Origin: an uncultured Chloroflexia bacterium
GTDB lineage: Bacteria; Chloroflexota; Limnocylindria; Limnocylindrales; CSP1-4
Length of the DNA: 64,000 nt
NCBI GenBank assembly: GCA_963789865.1
Contig: CAWBMD010000002.1
Coordinates: forward strand, 619,257-683,256
Reading direction: 5' to 3'
Shown: positions 49,261 through 60,075 of the stretch, in pieces
Layout: every line of letters begins with the position of its first letter
Position numbering within the stretch: position 1 is the stretch's first letter
Notes under the pieces: model-generated
Told to the model about the DNA's origin: nothing
Databases searched by the model: none
The model's input: the letters and a program-made list of their open reading frames with translations, nothing else
Program-made: the position numbers and the translations under genes

Positions 49261-49313
49261 GTTCGAATCCCTCCGGGCGCGCCATTGTCTTGAGTCGCGA
49301 CATCGGTGACACA
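49261..49313 (+). repeat. att-like direct repeat copy 2: 24-nt tRNA-Arg 3' end plus a shared 29-nt flank
   Basis: GTTCGAATCCCTCCGGGCGCGCCA (identical to 45012-45035) followed by TTGTCTTGAGTCGCGACATCGGTGACACA. Confidence 0.75.
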
Positions 49314-49585
49314 TAGTCGAGGCGACGGTTCGGTGTCGCGTTCGCTGTCGAGTCCTACCGCTCCAGACCGATCAGCGAACCATTCTCGTGCGTTTCCGGC
49401 TCTGCGACGGCGATCACGCTGGACGCGGAAGTCATTCGCACACCCATCCCGGGCCGTTTCGTCGGGCGCGCGAGTGAGGTCTGCGGCCGTGCTGGCGCTC
49501 GGCGGGATCGAGGCGGTGGTGACGTGGCTGCCGCGACGGAGTCACAGCAGCCACGATGCCTGGTCCTCGCGGGACCAGGCCGGCG

Positions 49586-51877
49586 TCAGGGCTTGGTCCC
49601 CACCACGCGGACGCCGTCGACGGCCGGGTAGTTCGAGTAGTACCGCTTCGTCCAGTGGAGCTTGCCGTGGTCGTAGATCGACACCGTGACCCACACCTTG
49701 GCGCCGTCCGCCGGGGCGTTGTTGAAGAACGAATACCCCACGGGCTTGGTCGGATCCTTCACGACCGTCGCCGTCGCGCGCGGGCCGTGCTGGATGACCG
49801 TGTTGCTGATCTTGTAGGTCCGGCCGTTCGGCACGCTCCAGACCTTGAACGTGATCCAGCGCTTGCTGCCGGCGTGGGTGATGGTCCGCTGGATCAGGAT
49901 CGGGTAGTTGGTGTCGTTCTTGAAGCTCATGGTCTGCTTGGCCCCGCCGACGATCCACACGGTGGCATCGAGGCCCGGCGGATACCGGGTGATGAACTCG
50001 TTGTGGTTCTGTCGGGCGAGCGGCACCATGCCTGCCCGGAACGCCGCGTTGAACAGCGTCGTGGACGTGGTGCAGATGCCGCCGCCGAACGCGCCGGTGA
50101 CGGTGATCTTCCCGCCCTCGATCGCGTTGCCAGGCCCCTCGCCCGGGAGCTTCCGGAGATCGCCGACGACCTTCCAGAAGTCGAAGATTCCGCCTGCCGG
50201 CACGACCGTGCCGTTGATCTTCGTGGCCGGCGCCTCGATGTTCCCGCCCCAGTGGTTGTTGACGATGACCCAGTAGTAGACGCTGTACGAGCTGATGGGG
50301 CGCATCTTGGCGGCGAACGCCTTGGCGTCCGTCGTGGTCAGCTTGGGGTCGACGGCCTTGACGACGGCCGCGACCGGCGATGCCGCCGCGCCCGCCTGGC
50401 GGGCGCCGACCTCGGTGATGATCGCGGCCTTCATGCCGGCAGCGTCGAGCGTTCGGCCCTCGCGGCTGGTGCCGGTGGCGACGACGTGTCCGCCGACCAG
50501 CTTGAGGCCCGCGTCCCTCGCGGTCTGGTTGACATTCTTGGCCAGCGTCTTGAGGATCGGGTCGAGGCCCGACTCGTCAAAGGCCGGGGTGATGCTCCCG
50601 TCGGCCGCGGTCGAGAACGTGATCAGCGGCGCGAGGCTCGTGCCGGCGATCGTCCAGCTGTCGCTGCCCCGGGCGACGACCACGTCGGCGGCCATTCGAT
50701 CCGCAGCCGCCTTCGCCGCCTCGGCCGAGGCGGTGGCGACGTCGGGTGCCAACGACACGACCGGCACGGCCATCGTGATCGACTCCGGCGTGCCGAGCGC
50801 CGCGAGCTGCTGGTCCAGCGCGGTGAGAAGGGCCGCCTTGTCCACGGCGCGACCGCCCTTCGCCGGGGAGACGGTGAACGTCCCGCCTTGGCCGGCCGAC
50901 GCGGAGGCGTCGGTGGGGGTCTGGTCGATCGTCGTGGCGAGGGTCTCGACGGCGGCCCCCAGCTTGTCGCGGTCGTAGGCAACGGCGGAGCCGATGGTCA
51001 CGCCGCGGATCGCGGCCTGGGGTTCGCCGATGAGGTCCGCGAGGGGCTCGCCCCGGCGGCCTGCCGCGAGTGCCGCGTCGAGCACCACCGCGGTGTCGGG
51101 GCCACGGCCGACGTCGGCGTAGCTGATGGTCGTCACCTGGCCATCCGGGCCGGTGAGCGTGATCTGCCCGGTGCCGAGCGACCCGTAGGCGTTCGCGATC
51201 GCCGCCTCCGCCTGCTCGCGGGTGAGCCCGCCGAGCTCCGTGCTGCCGACGCGGACGCCGGGCAGGACCCGGTCATCGTATTGCTTGCCCCATGCGTAGA
51301 GGACGCCGGTCCCGATGCCGACGGCGAGCAGGACGCCCAGGACGAACGAGACGCCGAAGCGGAGGGCGAGCGACCGTCGGCGCCGAGGCCGTGCCGGGGG
51401 CTCGCCGTCGGTCACGGCGGCCGCCACGGGCAAGACCGGCACGGCATCGACGCCGGGCTCGGAAATCGGCGACGTGTCCGCCGGGGCGGTGTCGGTCGCC
51501 TCGTCGGTATCGGGCGGGGTCGAGTCCGCCGCGGCTGAGGTGACATCGAGGACGGGCTCGGTGGCATCCGCCAAGGCCTCGGGCGTCGCATCGGCGGTGG
51601 TGGGGCCCGCCTCGGACGCCTGGGCTGTCTCGTCGGCGGCAGGTGCGCCAGCGAGGGGCCGCTCCGGGGTACCGGCGGCCGCGGCGGCGGGGACCGCCGA
51701 GGACACGGGCCGGGGCCCGAAGTTCACGAGGGCGGCCAGCGACGGGTCGCCGTCGTCCGGCGGTGCGTCACGCCGGACGAGCGCCGCGAGCTCGGGGTCG
51801 CCGGCGGGCGTCTCGATGTCGGGTGTGGAGGCGTTGGCAGCCCGGTCGGCTGCGGAGTTGGGCAGGTCGGTCATCAA
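49586..51877 (-). CDS. VanW/YoaR-family protein with N-terminal TM anchor and long Ala/Pro/Thr-rich N-terminus
   Basis: Intact 763-aa ORF. TM helix FGVSFVLGVLLAVGIGTGVLYAW. VanW core GGIFDFWKVVG..GGGICTTSTTLFNAAFRAG. Confidence 0.85.
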   Translation of the reverse strand: MMTDLPNSAADRAANASTPDIETPAGDPELAALVRRDAPPDDGDPSLAALVNFGPRPVSSAVPAAAAAGTPERPLAGAPAADETAQASEAGPTTADATPEALADATEPVLDVTSAAADSTPPDTDEATDTAPADTSPISEPGVDAVPVLPVAAAVTDGEPPARPRRRRSLALRFGVSFVLGVLLAVGIGTGVLYAWGKQYDDRVLPGVRVGSTELGGLTREQAEAAIANAYGSLGTGQITLTGPDGQVTTISYADVGRGPDTAVVLDAALAAGRRGEPLADLIGEPQAAIRGVTIGSAVAYDRDKLGAAVETLATTIDQTPTDASASAGQGGTFTVSPAKGGRAVDKAALLTALDQQLAALGTPESITMAVPVVSLAPDVATASAEAAKAAADRMAADVVVARGSDSWTIAGTSLAPLITFSTAADGSITPAFDESGLDPILKTLAKNVNQTARDAGLKLVGGHVVATGTSREGRTLDAAGMKAAIITEVGARQAGAAASPVAAVVKAVDPKLTTTDAKAFAAKMRPISSYSVYYWVIVNNHWGGNIEAPATKINGTVVPAGGIFDFWKVVGDLRKLPGEGPGNAIEGGKITVTGAFGGGICTTSTTLFNAAFRAGMVPLARQNHNEFITRYPPGLDATVWIVGGAKQTMSFKNDTNYPILIQRTITHAGSKRWITFKVWSVPNGRTYKISNTVIQHGPRATATVVKDPTKPVGYSFFNNAPADGAKVWVTVSIYDHGKLHWTKRYYSNYPAVDGVRVVGTKP

Positions 51878-52347
51878 AGGCTCATGCGGGTCGGCCGGCG
51901 CCGGGCCTCGTCCCCGGCAGCCGCGTTATCTTCTCGCGTGCACGCGAATCTATCAGGCGACGGTCGCTTGTCTATCAGGCAACGGCCGTTTGGTCAGGCG
52001 ACGGTCGCCCGGCGAGCGGGACTGGGACGCGGGACGGCCCCCAGACGTTACGCGGCAGGACCACCACGGGTCGATTCGGCTCCTCGCCGATGGATCAGCG
52101 TCGCCACGCCGGGCCTGCGCCGGAGCGCGACGTGGGTCCCCCGCCGCTCCAGCGCCGCCGGAGGGTGAGGTCGGACCGTTCAGCTGGCCCGCGGCTGATG
52201 CCGCAACCAGCGGTGGCGGTGACGGACGCCTGCGCTGACAGGACCCTTGTCACCCGTGTCGTGGAGTCAGAGAACTCCGGGCGCCAGACCAACCACGCTG
52301 CGCGCAAATCATCCGGCTCGCCGTATGCTGGCCAAGTGGCGAGCCAG

Positions 52348-55003
52348 ATGTCCCGGTCGCGCGCTGCTTCCCTCCCCGTCGGTACGCTGACGTTCCTGTT
52401 CACGGATATCGAGGGGTCGACTCGCCTCGTGGCCGCCCTGGGCCCTGCGTTCGGCCCGCTCATCGATCGCCACCACGCCGTCTTGCGCACCGCGATCGGG
52501 GCGGCCGGTGGAATCGAGGTCTCGACGGAGGGAGACGCATTCTTCGTCGTCTTCCAGAGCGCCGTCGCGGCAGTGACGGCGGCGGTCGCCGCACAGCGCT
52601 CCCTCGCGGCCGAGCCGTGGCCCCCGGGGGTCGGGGCTGATCCGCGTTCGAATGGGACTCCACACGGGCGAGGGCATCCTGGGCGGAGACGACTACGTGG
52701 GCCTCGACGTCCATCGGGCGGCGCGGATCGCGGCTGCCGCCCACGGCGGCCAGGTCCTCGTTTCCGCGGCGACGGCGACCATCGTGCGGGGCTCGCTGCC
52801 GGGAGATCTGCGATTGCGCGAGCTCGGCGAGTTCCGGCTCAAGGATCTCGACACGCCCGAGCGCCTGGCCCAGCTCTCCGGGCCGGGCCTTGCCGACGAC
52901 TTCCCGCCGCCGCGCACGCTGGAGACCCCGTCCAACCTGCCAGCCGAGGTGACGAGCTTCGTCGGCCGCGAACGCGAGGTCGACGAGGTCTGCGACCTGG
53001 TGCGGCGATCGCGGCTCGTGACGCTGACGGGTGCCGGCGGGTCCGGCAAGACACGGCTCAGCCTTCGCGTGGCCACGCTGCTCCAGCCGGAATTCTCGGG
53101 CGGCACGTTCTTCGTGGAGCTCGCTCCGATCAGCGACGCCGGCTTGATCCCGACGACCATCGCCCAGGCCATCGGTCTCCGCGAGGACCCGCAGCGGCCG
53201 GTCGTCGAGCTCCTTGAGGCGCACCTGCGCGATCTGCACCTGCTGCTCATCACCGACAACTTCGAGCAGGTCGTGGATGGCGCCCCGATCGTGGGTCGGC
53301 TCCTCGGGAACGCGCCCCACCTGACCGTCCTGGCGTCGAGCCGCGAGGTCCTTCACCTCCGGGGCGAGCAGGAGTATCCGGTCCCGCCGCTGGGCGTGCC
53401 GGACCCGGGCAACCTGCCGCCGCCCGAATCGCTCGACCGCTTCGATGCCGTCGCGCTCTTCATCCAGCGAGCGCGTGCCGTGCGCCCCGACTTCGAGCTC
53501 GACGGGCAGAACGCATCCGCGGTCGCCGCCATCTGCATCCGCCTCGACGGCCTCCCCCTCGCGATCGAGCTGGCTGCGGCCCGCAGCAAGCTCTTCGATC
53601 CGATGGCGATCCTCGCCCGGCTCGACCGGAGCCTGACGCTCCTGACGAGCAGCGCTCGCGACGTCCCCGAGCGACAGCGCACCCTGCGCGGGGCGATTGC
53701 CTGGAGCCACGACCTGCTCGACTCGCCGGAGCGCGCCCTGTTCAGGCGGCTCGCCGTCTTCGTCGGCGGCTGCACCATCGACGGCGCGCTGGCGGTCTGC
53801 GACCCGGACGACGCCCTTGGTCTCGACATGCTCGACGCCCTGGGCTCGCTCGTCGACAAGAGCCTCCTGAAGCGCGTCGGATTGCCGGATGGCGAGCCGC
53901 GCTTCCTGATGTTGGAGACCATTCGCGACTACGGCCTGGAGCGGCTCACCGAGAGCGGTGAGGCCGAGATTGTCCTGCGCCGCCACGAGGATCATTTCGT
54001 GGCCCTTGCACGGGCGGCCGAGCCCGAGCTCCTCGGCACCCGACCGAAGGAGTGGCTCGACCTCCTCGATGCCGAGCAGGACGACCTACGGGCGGCGATC
54101 CAGCGAGCGGCTGACGATGGCCGGATCGAGGTGGCCCTCGACACGGCCGCGGCACTGTGGCGGTTCTGGCAGCAGCGTGGGCACCTGGCCGAGGGCCGCG
54201 AGACGCTCCGGGCGCTGCTCGACCTACCCGCGGCGGCGAGCCCGACGAAGGCCCGCGCCCGGGCGCTCGGCGGACTCGGCGGCGTGGCGTACTGGCAGGC
54301 TGACACCGCCACTGCCCGGCACGCCTACGCGGAAGCAGTTCTCATCGAGCGCGGTCTCGATGACCCTGCCGGGCTCGCGGAGGCGCTGTACAACGCCGGG
54401 TTCGTCGACGCGCTCAGCGGCGATGGCCCCCGCGCTCGGGCCGAGTACGACGAGGCCATCCGCATCTACGAGGCAATCGGTGACCGCCGGGGCCTGCTGA
54501 ACGTCCGCGAGGCACTCGTCTACATCCTCCTCCACTCCGGGGACCTCGCGGCGGCGCGGACCGTCGAACGGCAGGCGCTGGCGGACTTCCGGATCGCGGG
54601 CGAGTCGCTGCGGATCGCCAGCGCCCTGAGCGCCCTCACGGCGATCGAGGTGCTGGACGGAAGGTCCGAGGCGGCCCATGAGAGCCTCGATGAGGCGCTC
54701 GCCATGTTCCGCGCGGCGGGCGACATGCAGCGTGTCTCCAGCCTCCTGACAATGGCGGCGGCCCTGGCGCTCGGCGAGGGCGAGCCCGAGCGGGCTGCGC
54801 GCCTCATCGGTGCCGCAGCGGTGCTCATGGAACCGCTGGGCCACGTCGCCACGCCGGTCCAGCTCCTGCGGATGGATGACCCCGTGCCAGCGGCCCGAGC
54901 GGCCCTGGGTGACGAGGCCTTCGATACCGCGTACGCGGCGGGACGATCGCTGAGCCTCGACGAGGCCCTCGAGCTGGCGCACGCGGGGACGGCACAGTCC
55001 TGA
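52348..55003 (+). pseudogene. Class III nucleotide cyclase domain + STAND/NB-ARC-like P-loop NTPase + TPR array (paralogue A); one frameshift in this sequence
   Basis: MSRSRAASLPVGTLTFLFTDIEGSTRL..STEGDAFF (ORF 51643..53217) joins ORF 52652..55003 near 52640 (..DDYVGLDVHRAARI.. Walker A GAGGSGKTRL, LLLITDNFEQ, LDGLPLAIELAAAR, then TPR-like helices). Confidence 0.8.
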
Positions 55004-55337
55004 GCCGGGGACTGTCGTCGCCGGTCGGCGGCCGGCCGATGGCGAGATCCTCCCTGCACGCTGGGGCCGACCGCCCGGGCGAGCCTCGGTCACGGGGTCA
55101 CCGCCGCCGCGGTAATCCCGCGGTCGCCGCAGCGGACCGTGGAGGTCCTCGACGCCGTCGTCTCCCGTCGACGCCCGGCCTGTCGGCGATGGGCGGATCG
55201 AGCGGGGGCTGCCCGGGACCGGCGAGATGCCGGCCGGCGCGGCCGTCATGGCCGCTTGCTCGGCGCGAGTGGACCCGACGCGCTACTTGACGTCGCTCGT
55301 CCGAGCAGGAGAATGCGGGGCATGCAGCCCGCACTGG

Positions 55338-55616
55338 GTGAGTCGTGACGATCGTGCCCCTGCCCGATCGGCGACGTTCCTCATGACGGACATCGAGCGG
55401 AGCACCCGGCTCTGGAAGGAGCCGCGGGCCGCGATGGCCGGCGCGCTCGAGACCCACGACGCGCTGCTCCGGGCGGCCGTGGAGGAGCCCGGCGGGACGG
55501 TCGCCAGGACGACGGGTCACGGGCGTCTGGCGGCCCTCGACCGACCGGAGGCGGGCCTCACGGCCGCAATCCTGTCACCCGCGCTCTCGTCACCATCCCG
55601 GAGAGGTGGCCCATGA
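55338..55616 (+). pseudogene. Truncated, degenerate class III cyclase domain fragment
   Basis: In ORF 55227..55616: ATFLMTDIERSTRLWKEPRAAMAGALETHDALLRAAVEEPGGTVARTTGHGRLAALD. It has GHG in place of GDG and ends after about 90 aa. Its stop overlaps the next start (ATGA). Confidence 0.5.
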
Positions 55617-56950
55617 TCGAAGACGTGACGCCCGGCCCGCGCGGTCCGCTGGCAAGCGTCCTGGCCGTCCGCAGGGGGCGAGGTGATTCCAATACGGGGG
55701 GCCTCGAGCACCGGGAGGCGCTGGTCTACACGTTGGGCAAGGCCGCCGAGCTCGAGCACCTCGTGATGCTCCAGTACCTGTTCGCGGCGTTCTCGCTCAA
55801 GCAGAACGTCGACGAGGGGCTCACGCCCGAGACGCTTGCCGCCGTCGTGCGCTGGCGCAAGACTCTCCTCGAGATCAGCGAGCAGGAGATGCTCCACCTG
55901 GCGCTCGTCCAGAACCTCCTGACGGCCATCGGCGCTGCCCCGCGCCTTGCGCGGCCGAACTTCCCGATGCCGGCCTACGCCTACCCGGCCGGAGTCCGGA
56001 TCGAGCTGGTCCGGTTCGGCGAGGCCGCCCTCCGCCACTTCGCCTTCCTCGAGCGGCCGGACGGGATGGACGTCGAGGACGCCGAGGGGTTCGAGGCGAT
56101 CGCACAGGCGGTCGCGCTGCCCCACGACGAGCACGACGAGATCGTGCCCCACCTTCAGGAGTTCGACACGATCGGCCAGCTCTACCGGTCCATCCAGGCC
56201 GGCCTGGAGCACCTCGACGAGCGACTTGGCTCGAAGCGCCTGTTCATCGGGCCGCCGAGCGCCCAGGCGACCGAGGAGCACTTCCGGTGGCCGGAGCTCG
56301 TCGCCGTGACAGACCTCGCGTCCGCGCGGCGGGCGATCGGCACGATTGTCGAGCAGGGCGAGGGAGCCAGCGGCGAGTGGCGCGTCGCCCACTTCGGGCG
56401 CCTCCTGGGCATCCTCGACGAATACCTCGAGCTCAAGCAGGCGGATCCGGGCTTCGAGCCCGCCCGGCCGGTCGTGGCGGCCAACGTCCGGCCACAGCCC
56501 ACCGGCGTCGTGGTGCCGTTGATCACGGATGCGGCGACGACGCGCTGCATGGACCTCCTCAACGTCGCGTACGAGGTCCTGCTCCAGCTGCTGTCGCGGT
56601 ACTTCGCCCACACGGACGAGTCGCCCGAGCAGCTCGAGGTCCTGGCCAACGTCTCGGTCGGGCTGATGTACTCGGCGATCAAGCCGCTCGGCACCGTCAT
56701 CACGATGCTACCGGTCGGCCCGCACCTGCCGGGCGTGACCGCGGGCCCGGGGTTCGAGCTGTTCTACCAGGTGGACTACCTGCTGCCACACCAGGAGGCG
56801 GCCTGGGTGCTGATGGAGGAGCGCCTGCGGGACGCGGCTGCGTTCGCCCGCCGCTGCGGCGATCTCTGCACGCCGGTGCTCATGGAGCCCCTCGCCAAGG
56901 TGGCCCGGTCGCTGGAGCGGTCCGCCGACCAGCTGCTGGCCGCGACGTGA
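55613..56950 (+). CDS. Ferritin-like domain protein (four-helix-bundle putative di-iron protein family)
   Basis: Intact 445-aa ORF with LGKAAELEHLVMLQYLFAAFSL .. ISEQEMLHLALVQNLLTAIGAAP .. FLERP. Confidence 0.75.
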   Translation: MIEDVTPGPRGPLASVLAVRRGRGDSNTGGLEHREALVYTLGKAAELEHLVMLQYLFAAFSLKQNVDEGLTPETLAAVVRWRKTLLEISEQEMLHLALVQNLLTAIGAAPRLARPNFPMPAYAYPAGVRIELVRFGEAALRHFAFLERPDGMDVEDAEGFEAIAQAVALPHDEHDEIVPHLQEFDTIGQLYRSIQAGLEHLDERLGSKRLFIGPPSAQATEEHFRWPELVAVTDLASARRAIGTIVEQGEGASGEWRVAHFGRLLGILDEYLELKQADPGFEPARPVVAANVRPQPTGVVVPLITDAATTRCMDLLNVAYEVLLQLLSRYFAHTDESPEQLEVLANVSVGLMYSAIKPLGTVITMLPVGPHLPGVTAGPGFELFYQVDYLLPHQEAAWVLMEERLRDAAAFARRCGDLCTPVLMEPLAKVARSLERSADQLLAAT

Positions 56951-56992
56951 GTGGCAGATCGTCAGGAACTCCGTCCGCGCGCAGCTGACGCG

Positions 56993-57316
56993 TCAGCGCG
57001 GCGCCCGCACCATCGACACCATCGGCGGACAGGTCCCGGCCTGGACCCGCCCCGATACGACGAAGCCGTGACGCTCATAGAACGAGACCGCGTGCGGGTT
57101 CGGCGTCTCGAGGTACGCCGGCAGGTGGTCCACGTCCACGGACCGAAGACCCGCTTCCAGGACACGCGACCCCAGCCTGAGCCCCTGGAGGCTCGGGTCG
57201 ACCCCGAGCATCGCGAGATACCAGTGCGGGTACGTCGGCGTCGCGGGACGGTCAGGCCAGCAGTGACGGCTTCGCCAGGACCATCGCCACCACGTCGTCG
57301 ATGGGGATCGCCTCAC
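56993..57316 (-). pseudogene. GNAT N-acetyltransferase remnant (C-terminal approx 80 aa only)
   Basis: YPHWYLAMLGVDPSLQGLRLGSRVLEAGL..AYLETPNPHAVSFYERHGF. The upstream part of the ORF is overlapped by the 3' end of cyclase paralogue B (stop 57252), so the N-terminal half is missing. Confidence 0.55.
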
Positions 57317-59904
57317 CCTCGGCCAGCAGCTCGGCCGCGAGGGTGGCGCCGAACCTGTCCGCCGCCGTGCCGGCCGGGTCCGGCAGGTGGAGCACCTTGA
57401 CCGGGGCGAGCATCACGCCCTTCTCCCGCACGAGGCGGTAGGTGGCCCCGGCGATCCGGGTGCCCAGCTCCGCGTCACCATCGGCAAGCAGCACGATCGC
57501 CGCCATGCCGAGCGCACGGGCGTACCCCGAGGCGTTGTCGGTCTCGCGGAAATACTGGAGCGCCTCCCGCAGGCAGAGCCACGACGTCGCCGGATCGCCC
57601 ATCCGCCAGTACATCCCGGATTGGAGGGTCATGCTGTCGGCGATGAGGTACGTGGCACCCGTGGCGCGGAATGCCTCCACGTTGAGCTGCTCCAGCTCGA
57701 GCGCCGATGCATAGTCGCCGGTGAGGAACACGCCGAGCACGAGGGCCTGACGCGCCCGCAGGACACCGTCATCGCGGTGATTGGCGCTGTACAGGTCGAG
57801 GGCCAGCTGCTCCTCCGCCCGAAGGTGATCGGCGTTCCCCTCGATCATCCCCATGAACCCGATGTCGTAGTGGGCATCGGCCAGCAGCACCCCGTCGCCA
57901 GTCGTCGAGGCCAGGCCGAGGCGCTCCTCGTACGCCGCCCGGGCGGCCGCGAAGTCGTTCATCCAGTAGGCCAGCCCACCCTCCGCGGCGAGGGCGGCGA
58001 TCCGGATCCGCACGTCACCCTGCGAGGGGCGGCCAAGCAGGTCCGCCAGGATCGCCCGGGCCTCGCGGATCCGCCCGCGCGCCTGGTACCAGCGCCAGAT
58101 CGCGCCGACCAGCCGGAGACCGACGCTTGCCTCCCCGCTCGGCGATCGTCCGGTCGATGGCGGCCCGGAGGTTGCGGTCGTCGCGGTCGAGACGGCGCAT
58201 GCTCGCCTCCCTGGCCGGGCCGAGCATGCCCTGCCCGGCCGCCTCGGCCACGCCGACGCAGACGGCACCGAAACGCGCCTCGGTCAGCGGACCCTCCCCG
58301 GTTTCCCGGAGGCGCTCCAGGGCGTATTCGCGGAGCAGGGGATGGAGGCTGAACCTCACCTCCCCGTCGGGACGCGAGGCGTCTCCGTCACCGGGCTCGA
58401 CCCGGACCAGGCTCTTGTCGGCCAGCGACTCGAGACCGGCGATGAGATCGACGCCGAGGTCGGCGTCGGGGTCGGCGACAGCCGCCGCCATGTCGGGCGT
58501 CCAGCTGCCGGCGAACACCGCGAGCCTGGAGAAGAGCCGGCGCTCCTGGACGGGCAGCAGGTCATAGCTCCAGTCGAAGGTGCCGCGCAGCGTGCGTTGG
58601 CGTTCGGGTGTGTCCCGCGGTCCGGACCCCAGGTCAAGGCTGCGGCCGAGGCGGTCGAGGATCGAGACGGGACTGAACAGGCGGACCCGGGCAGCCGCGA
58701 GCTCGAGCGCGAGGGGAAGGCCGTCCAGGCGCAGGCAGATCTCCCGGATGGCGGCGAGCGACTCTCCTGCGGCGGTGAAGTCCGGCCGCTGCGCTCGCGC
58801 GCGATCCAGGAACAGGGCGACGGCCGCATCGCCATCGAGCGGCGGCACCGGGTGGCCACGCTCGCCGTTCACCCGGAGAAGCTCTCGGCTGGTCACCAGC
58901 GTCCGCAGGCCGGGGGCCGCCCGGACCAGCCCGGCGACCATCTCCGCCGCCGCGGGGAGCAGCTGTTCGAGGTTGTCCAGGACGAGGAGCACGGTCCGCT
59001 CGCGGAGGTGTCCTCGCAATGCCTCGCCCGCCGTCCGGTCGGGCGTCTCCCGGACGCCGAGGGCCACAGCGATCGCCGGCTCCAGGAGCTCTGGATCCCG
59101 GAGTGAGGCGAGGTCCACGAACCAGACGCCGTGCGGGAACAGGTCGCGAGCGTCTCCCGCGACGGCGAGCGCAAGCCGGGTCTTGCCGCTACCGCCGGGC
59201 CCGACCAGGGTCACGATCCGGCTGGCGTGAAGGTCATCGAGGACCCGCTCGATCTCGTCCGTCCTGCCGACGAGGGTGGTGACCTCCCCGGGCAGGTTCG
59301 TCGGGAACTCCATCGTGCGGAGGGAACGCGGATCATCTGCCGCGCCGGGGACGACCAGCCGGTACAGCGGGATCGGGTCCTCGAAGTCCTTGACGGCCCT
59401 CGGACCATCGTCCACCAGCTCGACATCGGCCAGGCCGGCGACGCGCCATGGCTCGCGCGGCAGCGTTGCCACGAGAGCGTCCGAGAGGACGATCTGCCCA
59501 CCGTTTCCCGCGGCCGTGATCCGGGCGGCGTAGTTGACGTCGATCCCGACGTAATCCTCCGGCTCGCCGGCCACACGCCCGGCCCGCAGGCGGCCCTCGC
59601 CGAGGTGGAGACCCATCCTGACCCGGACGGCCACGCCGTCCGGCCACGGTTCAGTCGCGATGGTCCGCTGTGCGAGGACGGCTGCGGTGATGGCTGGAAG
59701 CGGCGCGTCGAAGGCCGCGAAGAATGCATCCCCCTCGGTCTTGACCACGACTCCACGCTGACCCTCGATCGCCGCCCGGAGGATCTCGTCGTGCCGGCGG
59801 ACCAGGGCGGCCCACACCGCTGAGCCCACGGCCCGCTCGAGCCGTGTGGACCCTTCGATGTCGGTGAACAGGAACGCGACAGCGGTGCCGGTCGGAAGTG
59901 CCAT
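57252..59904 (-). pseudogene. Class III adenylate cyclase domain + STAND/NB-ARC-like P-loop NTPase + TPR array (paralogue B); one frameshift in this sequence
   Basis: ORF 58015..59904 (AFLFTDIEGSTRL..VVKTEGDAFF..EDYVGIDVNYAARI.. GPGGSGKTRL.. LDGLPLALELAAAR) joins ORF 57252..58268 (TPR-like helices) near 58140. Confidence 0.8.
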
Positions 59905-60075
59905 GGCAGGTGCGCATCATGGCAGCGACGCGACCGCTTTGCGACCACGATCCTCGGCTGCAGGCCGTCCGCCCGATCGAGGTTGCCGCCACCTGGGCCA
60001 GCGGCCCGACGGAAGACGTACCTGCGCGCCCGGATCCGTCCGTGGGCGCCGGCGGCCTCCCGGGGCACGTGCAGA

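Larger units (their letters stand above)
45036..49284 (+). mobile_element. Two tandem tRNA-Arg-associated islets bounded by copies of the tRNA 3' end (integrase-less, probably degraded integrative-element scars)
   Basis: The tRNA 3' end recurs at 47785-47800 (16 nt) and 49261-49284 (24 nt). Both copies are followed by the same approx 29-nt flank. I found no integrase or recombinase ORF. Confidence 0.4.

Noticed and set aside
49250-49284. Second tRNA gene
   Set aside because: Only the last 24 nt (half of the T-arm plus the acceptor 3' strand and CCA) match tRNA-Arg. Upstream sequence cannot form D or anticodon arms. It is a fragment or att scar.
45036-49284. Active integrative or prophage-like element at tRNA-Arg
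   Set aside because: I could find no integrase, excisionase, transposase, replication or structural genes in any frame. Only cargo-like genes and a remnant are present. I therefore call it a degraded islet at low confidence.
52348-59904. Pycsar/CBASS-type anti-phage signalling system built on the cyclase domains
   Set aside because: Paralogue B has the Lys/Asp pair typical of ATP-specific class III cyclases. No TIR, patatin, TM-effector or Cap-like genes are adjacent. The architecture matches the widespread actinobacterial cyclase-ATPase family, so a defence role is only speculation.
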